Position numbers and translations under genes: made by a program. The notes beneath the pieces were generated by a model that saw only the letters and a program-made list of their open reading frames with translations, made no database searches and had not been told where the DNA came from. From contig NEEC01000030.1 in NCBI GenBank assembly GCA_002189035.1, positions 310,001-374,000 of the forward strand: 64,000 bases of DNA, in the 5' to 3' direction. The stretch comes from Utricularia gibba (Eukaryota; Plantae; Magnoliophyta). This document shows, piece after piece, positions 61,886 to 64,000 of this stretch (position 1 is the first letter of the stretch; each line of letters opens with the position of its first letter).

Positions 61886-64000
61886 CATTATGCTACAACG
61901 ACACTGGACTTGTCCTCACGTCCTAACTAAGACTAATAGGAGGTAAATAGTCAATGAATTTCCTACAGAGCGATGTGGATGCTTAACATTCAGCTAAAAA
62001 CGCATGAGTTGTAGGGGTGCTAGTGTGCATGTGAGGGTGTCACTCAAGCATACATGACAATTTCATCCTGAAAGGTGCATTCGAAGATTAAATGAGCAAA
62101 AATGGCATGTGCTTACCTCCAAAGATTGTCACTACTGTTTTTTTTTCTTTTCTTCCTCCTTTTTTTTTTCTACAGAGATCGAAACTAGGGAGAATTTAGA
62201 GTTCAACTCAGGTATACTATTGCTTCCCCTCTTTGTTTGTGAGTGTGGGCTATGCACTCTCCTCCTTATTCCTCCAGGGGTCCCTTCTACTCCTCTAAGT
62301 TGTTCTCATAATCCCCCCTGTGCTCTTTACTTTGTCGTCTACACACACTCTTTTGTTGTGTGTTGCCTTTCAAGACGTGGGTCTCATCGCTTTTATGTTG
62401 ATGATGCTTTTTTTTTTTTTTTTTTGCTATCTACAGATTTCGTGACAACCAATCCCCCATGAAAAATCAACACATGCCAATCTACTAAAAAAATCTTGAA
62501 TGCACCAATCTGACTACATTGAACATGTTGCTATCTCACAAAAATAATCAAAGGGAAAAACATGCTCACTGGTTCATAAAATGGTCATAACAAAATTCAT
62601 GCATTTCGTGCATCATGAAAAACATCCCATGCTTGTAAGGGAATCCCTCAACCATTCACAAAATCCTCCTGACCATAACGTCTCACTACTAAATTACTCC
62701 TAGCTTAGACTAACGCCATAAAATTGAAAATAAAAATAAAAATAAAAATAACAATAGAACTAAAGATGAGGCAATGCAGCGATGTTACTTGATCAGGGAG
62801 GAGTCCTTCACCCCCTACTTCAGTTCCTTCACTTCCCTTAACAAGTCCCCCAGCCTGTCATATAGCATATCAATTCTTTCCTTGCAGCAGCAGTCCTTTC
62901 CTTCCTTCACTTTATTTGGTCCTTGTCGAGAAGTCCCTGCTTTTGCTTTCGGTGCAGGCAGGTTGTTGCAAATTCCTGCTAGAGATTTAAACACAAAACT
63001 ACTCCCCTTTGCTTGGATTAATGCAGCGGTTTTAAGGAAATGAGCATTCAAAGGGAATATTTTTGTCTCCACATGAAAATATTCTAGCTCATGAATTCGA
63101 TCAGCACACAGTCTTTGACCAAGGAAAGTGATTACATTACCAAACCCGAGATTCAATGATTTCTTGTGCAACAAACACCACATGACAAATAATTCACGTT
63201 TATATAATGTATTGAATCCTAGAGCTCTTCCAAATAGCATGGAAGAAATCAGCAAATGGACATATCATGCAGCAGGTTCTGTAAATAAATCAGCTTTTGC
63301 ACCCTTAGGTTTAAATTCTATCATATGCTGACTAGTTAACATCTCATACACTTCCTCAGCATTGAAATCATCAGGATAATCAAATAAGGAGGTGGCGAAC
63401 GCATGCAAGTCGACATGCTGCTCAGAGCAGAATCCTAAGGTTACACACCATTTAGCAATCGAGAGGGAAAATTCTTTTCCTAACAACCTAAATGTAATTG
63501 CTCCTGGTGTAATCACAGTTTCTGGTTTTTCATAACAGAACGTGGAAGCAAATTCATATACAAGTTCAACATAAGAAGGGTAATTCATATCACACAAAAT
63601 TGGCAGCCCAGAATTTTCAAACATTGAGTAAACTTCAGTAACTATTCCCAATTCCACCAAGATCTCATAATCGATGATGCGGCAAGGCATCACCTTTGTC
63701 CCTTTTACCTCATCATACCTGGTGGCGAACTCTTCATCCTCAAACTGAAGATATTTCAGGTTTAACATCTCTGCATGCTGCTTAAAATAAGGAATGCCCT
63801 TGCTAGTCATTCTTCGTTGTGATTTCCCTTTCTCTTCCTCTTCAAGCTTACCTGAACTCAAGAACAACGGGATAAGGTTAGGTAAAAAATTTCTCTTTTC
63901 TTTTGTACCTGTTCCTCCCCCTCACTGGCATTTTTCTCCAATTCCTCTATTTCTGGTTCAGGTTCTTGCTGCTGCTTTGTTCTGCTCCTTGTTCTTTTTG
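61886..64000 (-). mobile_element. Athila-type element 3' region: extra (ATHILA ORF1/env-like) ORF, PPT and start of the 3' LTR
   Basis: ORFs 63867-63265 and 63255-62815 are in frame across one TGA (YPSYVELVYEFASTF; FGRALG..LYKRELFVMWCL); PPT gggggattgg near 62449-62458, then TGTCACG at 62447. Confidence 0.7.

Noticed and set aside
62815-63867. True retroviral envelope gene
   Set aside because: No convincing signal peptide, TM or fusion-protein pattern seen; treated as an Athila extra ORF only.

Overview
Plant (angiosperm) nuclear DNA dominated by decayed transposons. Two host genes look intact, both on the minus strand: a 6-exon WSD1-like wax ester synthase/DGAT (8963-7054, 464 aa) and a 4-exon At2g16250-like LRR receptor pseudokinase (44380-41265, 900 aa). 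An intron-containing poly(A)-binding protein pseudogene fragment is also present. The rest is nested TEs: a Tat/Retand gypsy element with a spliced antisense Transposase_28(TRP28)-like gene, a truncated MuDR, LINE, hAT, several Copia elements (one full-length with TSD), Athila-type LTRs, four solo LTRs with TSDs and a PIF/Harbinger gene pair. The most unusual signal is at 17.0-29.4 kb. Two diverged, pseudogenised copies of an intron-containing gene fuse a TRP28-like domain to an FCP1/NIF-like HAD phosphatase domain. One copy sits between a Harbinger transposase and its Myb/SANT partner gene. Both copies are flanked by arrays of a shared 30-bp dyad, AGGCAC(T/C)GCA-N10-TGC(A/G)GTGC(C/T)T. All domain calls come from manual motif recognition, not database searches.
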